Below are positions 1 through 8,653 of a stretch of DNA of 64,000 nucleotides, in pieces. Each line of letters opens with the position of its first letter. The stretch's first letter is position 1. A program made the translations under genes and the position numbers. Source of the stretch: Chloroflexota bacterium (GTDB lineage Bacteria > Chloroflexota > Anaerolineae > DUEN01). The notes beneath the pieces were generated by a model. That model searched no databases, was not told where the DNA came from, and worked only from the letters and a program-made list of their open reading frames with translations. The stretch lies in contig JAADGJ010000062.1 of assembly GCA_013152435.1 (NCBI GenBank), positions 18,672 through 82,671 on the forward strand, read 5' to 3'.

Positions 1-282
1 TGTTTTCACGGGGATCGCTGGTTCGACACGATCTACCATGGGCTGATCATCTTCCTGCGTCGCCACGTGCGAGACCCGCGGGTCAGCATCTATCGGGCGC
101 ACACGATCGAGGTCGATACGGCTCGGCCGTTGCCCGTCCATGTGGATGCCGAACCGTTCGGCACGACGCCGGTGCATATCCGGGTCGTCCCCCGTGCTTT
201 GCGATTGATCATTCCGCCCACGGCACCGGCTCATATCTTGTCCCGGACTGCGGCGCAAGAGCAGGAGCCCGTGCACGCGTAG
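1..282 (+). CDS. C-terminal fragment of a YegS/BmrU/DAGK-family lipid kinase; the N-terminus lies outside the window
   Basis: Frame 1 is open from nt 1 to the stop at 282. The C-terminal pattern EVDTARPLPVHVDAEPFGTTPVHIRVVPRALRLI resembles the C-terminus of DAGK_cat/YegS-type kinases (VxxDGE..G..P..I.V.P.AL). Confidence 0.4.
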   Translation, partial: CFHGDRWFDTIYHGLIIFLRRHVRDPRVSIYRAHTIEVDTARPLPVHVDAEPFGTTPVHIRVVPRALRLIIPPTAPAHILSRTAAQEQEPVHA

Positions 283-324
283 CGGACATGACGGCCGTAC
301 ACGCTCGTACACGCGAACACAGGG

Positions 325-1317
325 ATGAGGGGGGTTATGGCAAACATCTGGATATGGATCATCTTTAATCTCTTCGTCATCTTGATGCTGGCTTTGGATC
401 TGGGCATCTTTCATCGAAAATCCAAGGAGATTGAGGTTCGGGAGGCGTTGTTGTGGAGCGCCTTCTGGGTCGCCTTGTCCCTGGCGTTTAACGTGGGAAT
501 CTATTTCTGGCAAGGCCCGGAGAAGGCTCTGGAGTTCCTCGCCGGGTACCTGATCGAGAAGTCCTTGAGCGTGGATAACATCTTCGTGTTTCTGCTCATC
601 TTCTCCTATTTCGGCGTGCCCCCTCGCTATCAGCATCGAGTCCTCTTTTACGGGATCCTGGGGGCCCTGGTGATGCGTGGGATCTTCATCGCCGCCGGGG
701 TCACCCTCGTCGAGAAATTCCACTGGACGATCTACGTGCTCGGGGCCTTCCTCGTGTATACCGGTATCCGCATGGCCATCGAGAAGGATAAGGAGATCCA
801 TCCGGAGAAGAACCCGGTGATCCGGGCGTTCCAGTGGATCCTGCCGGTCACGCCGGAGTATGAGGGGAGCAAGTTCTTCGTCAAGCGGGCGGGAAAATAT
901 CTCGCCACGCCGTTGTTCGTGGTTCTCCTTGTGGTGGATACCGCGGATGTGATGTTTGCTGTGGATTCCATTCCGGCCATCCTGGCCGTTACGTTAGATC
1001 CTTTCATCGTGTACACGTCCAACGTGTTCGCGATCCTGGGGTTGCGGGCCCTCTACTTCGCTCTGGCCGGGATCATGCGGCTGTTCCACTATCTCCACTA
1101 TGGGCTCTCGCTCATCCTCGTCTTCATCGGCGTCAAGATGCTGATCGCCGAGTTCTACAAGGTGCCCATCGGCGTCGCCCTGGGGGTGATCGCCGCAGTC
1201 TTGACGGCCTCCGTCGTTGCCTCCCTCATCTGGCCGCAAGAGAAGGAGGAGACGCCCACTCCATCGATGCACGGTCGACATACGGTCGTACAGGTCTCCT
1301 CCGGCCAGGGGGAGTGA
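325..1317 (+). CDS. TerC-family integral membrane protein
   Basis: 330-aa polytopic membrane protein. N-terminal WIWIIFNLFVILMLALDLGIFH and EKSLSVDNIFVF are typical TerC-family blocks. The start may instead be the downstream Met (MANIW). Confidence 0.8.
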   Translation: MRGVMANIWIWIIFNLFVILMLALDLGIFHRKSKEIEVREALLWSAFWVALSLAFNVGIYFWQGPEKALEFLAGYLIEKSLSVDNIFVFLLIFSYFGVPPRYQHRVLFYGILGALVMRGIFIAAGVTLVEKFHWTIYVLGAFLVYTGIRMAIEKDKEIHPEKNPVIRAFQWILPVTPEYEGSKFFVKRAGKYLATPLFVVLLVVDTADVMFAVDSIPAILAVTLDPFIVYTSNVFAILGLRALYFALAGIMRLFHYLHYGLSLILVFIGVKMLIAEFYKVPIGVALGVIAAVLTASVVASLIWPQEKEETPTPSMHGRHTVVQVSSGQGE

Positions 1318-1346
1318 TGATCTGGGCCGTATGAGGTAGAGAGCGG

Positions 1347-2564
1347 ATGTCATTACCCGTCTATACCGTCTCCCAACTTACGGGCTATATCAAGGGCCTG
1401 TTCCTCCAGGATGATCGGCTGCAGGACATCTGGGTGGAAGGGGAGATCAGCAATTTCTCCCGTGCGGCCTCCGGGCATTGCTACTTCACCCTGAAGGATG
1501 CCTCCGCCTCGCTGAGCTGCGTCATGTGGCGGCAGCAGGCCGCCCAGCTTCCCCGAGACCCGCGCAATGGCGATGCCGTGCTGGTCCATGGGTATGTGTC
1601 CGTTTACGAGCAGAGGGGCGTCTACCAGCTTTACGTGGACCTGTTGCAATCGGCGGGGCTGGGCCGGCTGTACCTGGAGCTCGAGGCTTTGAAGGCCCGT
1701 CTGGCGGCCGAAGGGCTCTTCGCGGAGGAGCGAAAGCGCCCGATCCCCCCGTGGCCCCAGCGGATTGGAGTGGTCACCTCGGCGGACGCGGCCGCCCTGC
1801 GCGATATCCTGCGCACGCTGGCTGCCCGTTATCCGCTGGCGGAGGTGATCCTGTCCAGCACGCTGGTGCAGGGGGAGGAGGCACCCGCGCAGATCGTGGA
1901 GGCTTTGGCCAGGGTCCACCGCTGGTCGCGGGAGCGAGAGCCCGTCGACGTGATCATCCTGGCGCGCGGCGGCGGAAGCCTGGAGGAGCTGTGGGCGTTC
2001 AACGATGAGCGGGTGGTGCGGGCCATCGTGGCCTCTCCCATCCCGGTGATCAGCGGTGTAGGACACGAGACGGACTTCACGCTGGCGGATTTCGCGGCCG
2101 ATCGACGGGCGCCGACGCCCACCGGCGCGGCCGCCATGGCCGTGCCGGATGCTCAGGAGCTGGCGCGGCAGGTCCGGGCGCTGCGCGATCGGCTTGTCGT
2201 CCTGGTGAATGGCCGGTTGCTCGAGAGCCGAGAGCGGATCGAGCGGTTGGAGCGCTCCCTGCGGCGGGCCTCTCCGTTGGCCGTGATCGCCGATCGACGG
2301 CAGCGGGTGGATGAGCTCGCTCGCGCGCTGCAGACGCAGTTCCTGCATGGGTTGGAGCTGCGCCGGGCGCGGGTCGAGGGGATGCGCGCCCGATTGGAGG
2401 GGCTCAGCCCCGTGGGCGTGCTCCAACGGGGATACGCCATCGTGCGCCAGGTGGATTCGGGACGGATCGTGCGCTCCGTTCGGGAGGCGGTCCCTGGCCT
2501 GGGGTTGCGCGTGCGCGTGGCGGATGGCGAGTTCGGCGCCCACGTGGACTCGGATGGAGGGTGA
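1347..2564 (+). CDS. xseA: Exodeoxyribonuclease VII large subunit
   Basis: 405 aa. Has an N-terminal OB-fold (YTVSQLTGYIKGLF...VWVEGEISNFSRAASGHCYFTLKD) and a central catalytic region typical of XseA. The stop overlaps the xseB start region. Confidence 0.9.
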   Translation: MSLPVYTVSQLTGYIKGLFLQDDRLQDIWVEGEISNFSRAASGHCYFTLKDASASLSCVMWRQQAAQLPRDPRNGDAVLVHGYVSVYEQRGVYQLYVDLLQSAGLGRLYLELEALKARLAAEGLFAEERKRPIPPWPQRIGVVTSADAAALRDILRTLAARYPLAEVILSSTLVQGEEAPAQIVEALARVHRWSREREPVDVIILARGGGSLEELWAFNDERVVRAIVASPIPVISGVGHETDFTLADFAADRRAPTPTGAAAMAVPDAQELARQVRALRDRLVVLVNGRLLESRERIERLERSLRRASPLAVIADRRQRVDELARALQTQFLHGLELRRARVEGMRARLEGLSPVGVLQRGYAIVRQVDSGRIVRSVREAVPGLGLRVRVADGEFGAHVDSDGG

Positions 2565-2575
2565 GAGGGCGAAGT

Positions 2576-2818
2576 ATGGAAGAGAAGGAAAAGTTGACCT
2601 TTGAGGAGGCGTTCTCGCAACTGGAGGAGGCGGTGCGGCGTCTGGAGGAGGGCGGCCTCACTCTGGAGGAATCGCTGGCGTTGTACGAGCGGGGAATGGA
2701 GCTGGCCGCGCTGTGCGCGGAGCGGCTGGATCAGGCGGAGCTGCGCGTGCGTCAACTCATGCCCGCGCCCGACGGCGAGCTGACCGCTGAGCCTTTCGAG
2801 GGGTGGCAGGACTCGTGA
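2576..2818 (+). CDS. xseB: Exodeoxyribonuclease VII small subunit
   Basis: MEEKEKLTFEEAFSQLEEAVRRLEEGGLTLEESLALYERGMELAALC matches the XseB helical consensus. It lies immediately downstream of xseA. The ORF track begins at GTG 2561 (a GTGA overlap with the xseA stop); the ATG at 2576 behind GGAGGG/GAGAGGG is the more likely start. Confidence 0.85.
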   Translation: MEEKEKLTFEEAFSQLEEAVRRLEEGGLTLEESLALYERGMELAALCAERLDQAELRVRQLMPAPDGELTAEPFEGWQDS

Positions 2819-3276
2819 ATGTATTGGTGGCGAAGTCGGGCGTGTGGCAGAATTCCGCCCTCTGGTTGCCCCTGGCCTCCGGTGCACTGGTTCAGCTCAT
2901 CAAGTTCCTGGTCTTCTGGGTTCGCAAGCGTCGTATCGACTTTCGCATCTTCGTTCAGGCAGGAGGCATGCCCAGCTCCCACTCGGCCATGGTGACCGCT
3001 CTGGCGACGGTCGTGGGAGTGCGCGATGGGACGGACTCCACCATCTTCGCGTTGACGTGCATCATGGCCGCTATCGTCATGTACGATGCCGCGGGGGTGC
3101 GCCGCGCGGCGGGGCGTCAGGCTCGCGTGTTGAACCACATCCTGGAGGACCTGTATCAGGGGCGCCCCGTCGCGGAGGAGCGATTGCGTGAGCTGCTGGG
3201 GCACACCCCGATCGAGGTGATCGTGGGCGCCCTGCTGGGGTTCATATTCACGTGGGGATGGCTGCGATGGATGTAA
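2803..3276 (+). CDS. Divergent PAP2/DUF212-family membrane protein (acid phosphatase / vanadium haloperoxidase-related)
   Basis: 157 aa. GGMPSSHSAMVTALATVVG and MYDAAGVRRAAGRQARVLNHILEDL are characteristic DUF212 (YuiD-like) motifs. It overlaps the xseB end by 16 nt. Confidence 0.7.
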   Translation: MAGLVNVLVAKSGVWQNSALWLPLASGALVQLIKFLVFWVRKRRIDFRIFVQAGGMPSSHSAMVTALATVVGVRDGTDSTIFALTCIMAAIVMYDAAGVRRAAGRQARVLNHILEDLYQGRPVAEERLRELLGHTPIEVIVGALLGFIFTWGWLRWM

Positions 3277-3351
3277 GCGGCCTTCGGACGCGATGAGAGG
3301 CCGGCGATCACCGGCCCCTCATCCCCTTGCGATCCTCTCCTCCTTCTCGGC

Positions 3352-4935
3352 CTACTGGCGTCGTCGGCGCATTCCCGCCACTCCGCCAGCCAGGACGAGC
3401 CCTATCGTCACCAGCGCCATCGCCCCCGGCGCTCCCGGGGATTGGGCGCTGGCCGAAAGCGAAGCCAGCGTCACGGCCGTCGGTATGCCGCCGCTCACCC
3501 AGTAGTCCTCGACCTCGCCGTTGTTCCACAGCCCTGTGTAGGTCAGGGCCCCGTTGGGGTTGTCCTGGGTGAACCGGAAGCGAGCGTAGATCCGCTTGCT
3601 CGCCGCCCCGCTGGGGACGGGGAAGCACAGGTTGTTGGTGCCGGCCGTGACGGCCTGATCGAAGAAGACCCGCTCGCCGCTGTCATCCCAATCCCCATCA
3701 CCGTTGAAGTCGAACCAGGCGTTCAGGTATCCATCCACGGAGACGGAGACGTCGATGCAGTTCTGCTGCCCCGGGGTCAGCGCCGCCGGCAGGGTCACGC
3801 CGTCCTCGTCATTCGCCCCGTTCAGGTCATCCCCCACGGCATCCCCATGAGGCTGTCCGTCCGATTCGGAGTCCACGGAGTTCCCCATGTAGACTCCGGG
3901 CACGATGAAGTGTCGGGCCCCATCGTCGCTGAACAGCGTCGGATAGTGGTAGGTCATGCCCAGCTCGGGCAGATATCCCGTGGGGGCATCCCCGAAGTCC
4001 CGCTCCCAGCTGACCTGGGAGGTCGCCACACGCGCCCCCTGGGTCGGCGTCGCCAGGACCAGCTTCTGCTTGTCATTGGGCGCCGACACATGGATGTACC
4101 GGGTACCCTGCGGGATGATGACGTTCGCCGTCGCCGTGATGGTCGCCTGGAATCCGTTGCTATTCCGGGTAACCGTGATCGTGCCGGTCGCTCCATTGCT
4201 ACCCGTCGTGGCGGTGCTTGCGCTCAGCGTCCCGCCGGTGACGGAGAGGTTGATCTGTACCCCCGCCACGCCGTTCCCGTTATGGTCGCGGGCGATCACG
4301 ATGAACTGCACCGTCGTGTCGTCCTGACCGGTGATCTGGATCTCCAGCGTGTCCACAGGGGTGGTCGTCCCGGCGTTGGCGTTCGCGTCGGCCACGATGG
4401 CCAGAGCCCGATTTCGGATCTCCTTCGGCTGCGTCTTCGTCACGTCGATCCCGTCGGAGAAGTGCCAGATGGCCACCTGGACCGCCGCCGCCTCCTTCCC
4501 CTTCGTGCTCAGCTCGTCCCCTCGGGTCCCATAGGCCACGTGGGGGTAGTAATGGTTCAGGATGTATGTGATCTTGGACGGGGTAGGCCCGTCATCGGTG
4601 TAGTTCTGGTTCGTGGCCAGGCGGTGGTTCACGTCGATGCAGTAGAACGACGCTGCATTTCCATCGACCGTGCCCACCAGCGTGCCTGCGAAGACGCTGT
4701 TCCCACCGTTGATCTGTGGGTGGGTGACACTGACGCCGTCGCCAGTGCCCGTGACGATGGCGATGGAGCCACCGCTAATGGATCCCTCGCCGATCAGCGG
4801 CGGGGTCCCTATCTGCACATCTCCCTTTTCCGTCCCGTCCCCTGCCGATGCAGCCACCGGGTAGGTGATGAGCAGGGATAGTAGAACAGCGGCAAAAACC
4901 ACTGCCAATCGCGTCCAAACGGAAGTCCGATACAT
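3352..4935 (-). CDS. Secreted TQXA thioester-domain surface protein with Ig-like repeats, a GEVED domain and a C-terminal TM anchor with a basic tail
   Basis: True start is Met13 of the ORF (ATG at 4935 behind GGAGA), followed by a signal peptide MYRTSVWTRLAVVFAAVLLSLL. Contains the AAAVQVAIWHF (TQxA[IV]W) thioester motif with an upstream Cys (FYCIDVNH). Has T/G/N-rich Ig-like repeats (ITVTRNSNGFQATITATANV). A GEVEDYW motif sits near the C-terminus, followed by a hydrophobic helix and MRRRRQ. Confidence 0.7.
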   Translation of the reverse strand: MYRTSVWTRLAVVFAAVLLSLLITYPVAASAGDGTEKGDVQIGTPPLIGEGSISGGSIAIVTGTGDGVSVTHPQINGGNSVFAGTLVGTVDGNAASFYCIDVNHRLATNQNYTDDGPTPSKITYILNHYYPHVAYGTRGDELSTKGKEAAAVQVAIWHFSDGIDVTKTQPKEIRNRALAIVADANANAGTTTPVDTLEIQITGQDDTTVQFIVIARDHNGNGVAGVQINLSVTGGTLSASTATTGSNGATGTITVTRNSNGFQATITATANVIIPQGTRYIHVSAPNDKQKLVLATPTQGARVATSQVSWERDFGDAPTGYLPELGMTYHYPTLFSDDGARHFIVPGVYMGNSVDSESDGQPHGDAVGDDLNGANDEDGVTLPAALTPGQQNCIDVSVSVDGYLNAWFDFNGDGDWDDSGERVFFDQAVTAGTNNLCFPVPSGAASKRIYARFRFTQDNPNGALTYTGLWNNGEVEDYWVSGGIPTAVTLASLSASAQSPGAPGAMALVTIGLVLAGGVAGMRRRRQ

Positions 4936-5298
4936 TTCCCAATCTCCTTGCCCTATACGACTCAATCCCAAATAGTTTTCTTACTCATACGAGTCGTAAA
5001 TGATTTCTGGGCGTCTCCTCCATCTCACTTCTCGTCTGCATTATCCCTCATTTTCAGGGTGGATGTCAATTGCCTTGGCTTACGGTAAGCTTACAGGCAA
5101 TAATGGGAGCAGTCGGGGTGCTTTTGGCCTGCTTCCGCGCGAACGCGGCGAGAGGACTCGCTTGGCGGTCATGGGTGTAGACATAAGAGGTTGTCGGTTG
5201 GGGCGTGGGCGGGGAGGATAGGGGCGCCTTGCCCGCTGATCACGCTCGCGCGTGCGTGGAGCAGGAGGCGGGAGGTTGGAGGGGAGCGCTTCGGACGG

Positions 5299-5991
5299 CT
5301 ACCGGCTGGCCTGGGCTGAGGACGTGTGCTCGCCGGGCTCCTGCCGTTCGATCCACAGCACGGCCGCCAGCTCGCTCCCGATCACGCACTCTTCCCCTCC
5401 CAGGCCGATCCTCAGCGGGCCGTTGAACGGGGCCCGTGCCAGCAGTCGGATCTCCACACCGGGAAGTAAGCCCAGCTCGGCCAGATAGCGGAGCTTATCC
5501 GGATCGTGGGTGCGCACCCGGCTGAGGCGCCCTCGCGTGCCGGGCTCCACGGCGATCAGGCGTACATCGTTCAGGGGCGGCATTTTCCCATCACGGCTGG
5601 GGATTGGCTCGCCGTGCGGGCATCGGGTGGGGTGCCCCGTCAGCTCGTCGATGCGGTCCTCCAGCACCTGGTTGATCCCCGGTTCCAGCGCGTCGGCCAG
5701 GTGATGGACCTCCTCCCACCCGAAGCGCATGATCTGCACCAGGAATACCTCCGTCAGGCGGTGGCGTCGGATCACCGGCAGGGCAATGCGCTCGCCCTCC
5801 GGGGTGAGCCGGACCCCCTGATAGGGCTCGTGAGCGATCAATCCGGCGTCCTTCAGCCGCCGGATCATGCGCGAGGCCGCTTGTAGGGATGTCTCCGCCT
5901 GCTCCGCCAATGCGGATAGGGGGACAAAGGGTAGATCTTGTTGGAGTCGGTACACCTCGGCGGCATATCGCCGCATGGCAGGACTGACCAT
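5299..5991 (-). CDS. DtxR/MntR-family metal-dependent transcriptional repressor with a C-terminal FeoA/SH3-like domain
   Basis: 230 aa. Has an N-terminal wHTH (YAAEVYRLQQD...LSALAEQAETSLQAASRMIRRLKDAGLI) and a metal-binding/dimerisation region (RRHRLTEVFL...HHLADALEPG...TRCPHGEPIP). The C-terminal FeoA-like segment reads RGRLSRV...LGLLPGVEI. It is divergent from the FTR1 permease gene. Confidence 0.8.
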   Translation of the reverse strand: MVSPAMRRYAAEVYRLQQDLPFVPLSALAEQAETSLQAASRMIRRLKDAGLIAHEPYQGVRLTPEGERIALPVIRRHRLTEVFLVQIMRFGWEEVHHLADALEPGINQVLEDRIDELTGHPTRCPHGEPIPSRDGKMPPLNDVRLIAVEPGTRGRLSRVRTHDPDKLRYLAELGLLPGVEIRLLARAPFNGPLRIGLGGEECVIGSELAAVLWIERQEPGEHTSSAQASR

Positions 5992-6017
5992 CTCCTCCTC
6001 TATGTTTGAACCGCGTT

Positions 6018-6030
6018 GAAACCTGGTTTC
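6018..6030. promoter_or_regulatory. Candidate metalloregulator operator: 6-1-6 palindrome GAAACC-T-GGTTTC in the DtxR/FTR1 divergent intergenic region
   Basis: GAAACCTGGTTTC is a perfect inverted repeat, flanked by the related TTGAACC / TTGAAACC. It lies between the divergently transcribed DtxR-family and FTR1 genes. Confidence 0.3.
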
Positions 6031-6063
6031 TACGCGATCGAAAGCGAGATTTCATATAGAGGC

Positions 6064-6097
6064 CTTGACGCTGACAGCGATGACCCGGTAGAGTATA
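6064..6097 (+). promoter_or_regulatory. Putative sigma70-like promoter for the FTR1 permease gene
   Basis: TTGACG (6064-6069), an 18-nt spacer, then TAGAGT/TATAAC (6088-6097). It sits about 50 nt upstream of the RBS GGGAGGAG and the ATG at 6149. Confidence 0.3.
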
Positions 6098-6148
6098 ACA
6101 CGAGTGCAAACGAGTCGCAATAGCAATGACGTAGACGGGAGGAGATGA

Positions 6149-6964
6149 ATGGGATCCGCGTTGCTGATCACGCTGCGAGAGGGTATGGAAGCGGCATTGA
6201 TCCTGGGGATCGTGTTGGGCGTGTTGACCCGGCTGGGCCAGGATCATCTCAAGCGTTTCGTGTGGATCGGCGCCCTGGTGGCGAGCCTGCTCAGCCTGGT
6301 GGCCGGGGGGATCCTGTATAGCACCGGCGTCGCGTTCGAGGGGAGGTGGGAGGAGGCCTTTGAGGGGGCGACGATGCTTCTGGCCGCCGGCTTCCTCACC
6401 TGGATGATCTTCTGGATGAGGCGTTACGGACGTGAGCTGGCCCATGCCCTGGAGATGAACGCCCGCCGGGCCGTCTCGACGGGAGGCCGGGCGCTTTTTG
6501 GCATCTCGTTCTTCGCCGTGCTGCGCGAGGGGCTGGAGACAGCCCTTTTCCTGACCGCCGCCGCGTTTCAGGGGCACGCGCTGGCGACGCTGGGGGGAGG
6601 GGTGGCCGGGCTCGTGTTGGCGATCCTGTTGGGTGTGTTGATCTTCAAGGCCGGTTTGCGTTTGAACATCAGCATGTTCTTCCGCGTGACGGGGTGGCTC
6701 CTGCTTCTCGTGGCGGCGGGCCTGGTGGCCCACGGCGTTTACGGGCTGCAGGAAGCCGGGCTTTTGCCGGTCTTCGTTGAGCATGTCTGGGATCTGAGCC
6801 CCATCCTCACGGAGGACGGGGCGGTGGGAGGCGTCCTGAAGACGTTATTCGGCTACGACAGCAATCCCTCCCTCCTGGAGGTCGTCGCTTATCTTATCTA
6901 TTTGCTCGTCGTCGGTGCTGTAGGGGTATCGCGTCCTGCGCTCCCGCGGCGGGCGGCCGCGTGA
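6149..6964 (+). CDS. FTR1/EfeU-family high-affinity iron permease
   Basis: 271-aa polytopic protein with two REGxE motifs (TLREGMEAAL and VLREGLETAL), diagnostic of FTR1-type Fe2+ permeases. Confidence 0.8.
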   Translation: MGSALLITLREGMEAALILGIVLGVLTRLGQDHLKRFVWIGALVASLLSLVAGGILYSTGVAFEGRWEEAFEGATMLLAAGFLTWMIFWMRRYGRELAHALEMNARRAVSTGGRALFGISFFAVLREGLETALFLTAAAFQGHALATLGGGVAGLVLAILLGVLIFKAGLRLNISMFFRVTGWLLLLVAAGLVAHGVYGLQEAGLLPVFVEHVWDLSPILTEDGAVGGVLKTLFGYDSNPSLLEVVAYLIYLLVVGAVGVSRPALPRRAAA

Positions 6965-7020
6965 TGGTCGCCCGTAGGGTGAGCCGGAGCTGAGCAACTG
7001 CACATCGGCCTGCGTCCGAT

Positions 7021-7944
7021 TTGACCTGCGGGCCGATATGTACTATAAAGGCGATCACAATCGTCTTTGTAGATTTTGCATTTTTACTATCCGGCGGAGG
7101 ACGGACAGCATTGGTGAACGAGGAAGGAAGCATCGCGAGCAGGCGAGGATGGGCGCGTTCTCGGCCCCGGTTGCGATCGATCGCGCTTCCCACCGAGCAT
7201 GGCGGCTGGGGGTTCCTGATCGAGCCCCTCCTGTTGGGGCTTGGGGTGGCTCTCTCAGCCGCTGGGGGATGGCTGGGACTGGCGACGTTGGGGGGCTTTC
7301 TGGCCCGCCATCCCTTGAAGCTGGCGTGGGGCGATCGGCGCCGGGGACGATATTACCCTCGCACCCTGTGGGCGGAGCGATTCGCCCTTCTCTATAGCCT
7401 GGTGGCTCTGGCGGCCTTCGCGTTGGCCTTGCGAAGCGCTCGCTCGGCCTTTTGGGTCCCTCTGATCCTGGGGGCTCCTTTTGCCCTTGTGCAGATCTAC
7501 TCCGACATCCAGAACCGGGGACGACAATGGATCTCGGAGGTCTCCGGAGCGATCGCCCTGGGGACGGTGGCCTCGGCGATCGCGATGGCCGGTGGGTGGT
7601 CGCTTGGGGATGCCCTGGTGCTGTGGTGGATCCAGATCGCGAGGGCGATCACCTCGATCTCGTACGTGCGCGCCCGGCTGCGTCTGGAGCGCCAAGAGCC
7701 CGCGGACGTCTTGTCGTCCTGGGGCATGCATCTCGCGGCGCTGATCGTGCTGGCCGCGCTCTCCTATGCCGGTCGCGCCCCGTGGTTGGCCGCGGTGGCG
7801 ATGGGCATCCAGCTGGCCCGGGCGCTCAAGGGCCTTTCTCCTTATCGTCGCCCCGCGCGCCCGCAGGCGATCGGCTTCGGCGAGATCGCGTTCGGCCTGA
7901 TCAACGCGACGCTGGTGGTTGTGGGGTACGCCTTCGGCCTGTAG
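7021..7944 (+). CDS. YwiC-like polytopic membrane protein (hypothetical)
   Basis: The hydrophobic multi-TM protein contains EHGGWGFLIEPLLLG, resembling the YwiC-family N-terminal block (QHGAWAMLLVPFLLG). The real start is probably an internal GTG/ATG around 7100-7180, because the annotated N-terminus is unusual. Confidence 0.5.
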   Translation: MTCGPICTIKAITIVFVDFAFLLSGGGRTALVNEEGSIASRRGWARSRPRLRSIALPTEHGGWGFLIEPLLLGLGVALSAAGGWLGLATLGGFLARHPLKLAWGDRRRGRYYPRTLWAERFALLYSLVALAAFALALRSARSAFWVPLILGAPFALVQIYSDIQNRGRQWISEVSGAIALGTVASAIAMAGGWSLGDALVLWWIQIARAITSISYVRARLRLERQEPADVLSSWGMHLAALIVLAALSYAGRAPWLAAVAMGIQLARALKGLSPYRRPARPQAIGFGEIAFGLINATLVVVGYAFGL

Positions 7945-7947
7945 CGC

Positions 7948-8634
7948 TCATTGGGGAGGGGGGCTAAGAGGGCCGCCCGTGCGCTCACGAAGGTAGGAGA
8001 GGGCTTTCTGTCGCTCCGGCGCCACGTCCGCCAGGAGCTGATCCAGCGCCTGGCGCTTCTCCCGCACAAAGGCACGATCCTCGACGCCGGACAGGTTGAT
8101 ATGGATGTTGAGGCGAGCGCCTTGCAGGCCCGCATCCGCCAGAAGCGCCCCCACGCTCATGTCGCTGCGAGCGTTCGGATTCACCAGGGAGATCGCCTGG
8201 CCGGCCAGGCGGATGACATGAGCGCACGCCTCCGCGATCTCCAGCGGGACCCGCGTGGCCTCTTTCAGCGCCGCCTGTACGGCCTCGTGCCGCTCCTCCC
8301 GTTGCGCCTGGGTTTCCTTGGGCAGGCGATATGCCGCCATCACCTGATCGAAGGCGCGTCGATCACTGTCCGCCAGCTCCATTAGGCGGTCCCGCAGGCG
8401 CTCGGCCTGATCCAGGATGTCCCTGACCTCCTCCTCGACGGCGGCGAATCGCGCTCGTCCGCTGGTGAGCCTGCACGCCATACTCACCAGCGCGGCCCCC
8501 ATCGCTCCGGCCAGCGCGGTGGCCGCACCTCCCCCCGGCGCGGCTGATGCGGCGGCCAGCCGATCCAGGAACTCTCGGACGCTCCCCTCCGCGATCTCGG
8601 CCCCCGGATGGGGGGCAGGTGTCCCCTGGCTCAT
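7948..8634 (-). CDS. Cyclodeaminase/cyclohydrolase family protein (FTCD C-terminal domain-like; methenyl-THF cyclohydrolase-like)
   Basis: 228-aa all-helical protein. REFLDRLAAASAAPGGGAATALAGAMGAALVSMACRLT is the hallmark of PF04961. It is the last gene of the minus-strand operon that follows the nos cluster. Confidence 0.75.
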   Translation of the reverse strand: MSQGTPAPHPGAEIAEGSVREFLDRLAAASAAPGGGAATALAGAMGAALVSMACRLTSGRARFAAVEEEVRDILDQAERLRDRLMELADSDRRAFDQVMAAYRLPKETQAQREERHEAVQAALKEATRVPLEIAEACAHVIRLAGQAISLVNPNARSDMSVGALLADAGLQGARLNIHINLSGVEDRAFVREKRQALDQLLADVAPERQKALSYLRERTGGPLSPPPQ

Positions 8635-8653
8635 CCTCCGTCCTTCCGCCCGC

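Noticed and set aside
1353-2543. 396-aa ORF antisense to xseA. Similar long antisense ORFs occur opposite most genes (for example 3442-4881 opposite the thioester protein, 15309-17264 opposite nosZ, 5591-6784 opposite FTR1, 38971-40587 and 39071-40543 within acnA, 45222-46559 opposite mtaB, 48157-49158 opposite the HD gene, 50898-51923 opposite the nucleoside hydrolase, and 60005-60955 opposite galE)
   Set aside because: They are Arg/Pro/Gly/Ala-rich translations typical of GC-rich antisense or off-frame reading, with no recognisable motifs. The opposite-strand ORFs have clear family signatures.
7021-7180. N-terminal 50 aa of the YwiC-like ORF as coding
   Set aside because: This stretch is Arg-rich and non-hydrophobic (SGGGRTALVNEEGSIASRRGWARSRPRLRS), unlike the YwiC family. 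An internal start is more likely, but no clear ATG with an SD was identified, so the ORF coordinates were kept.
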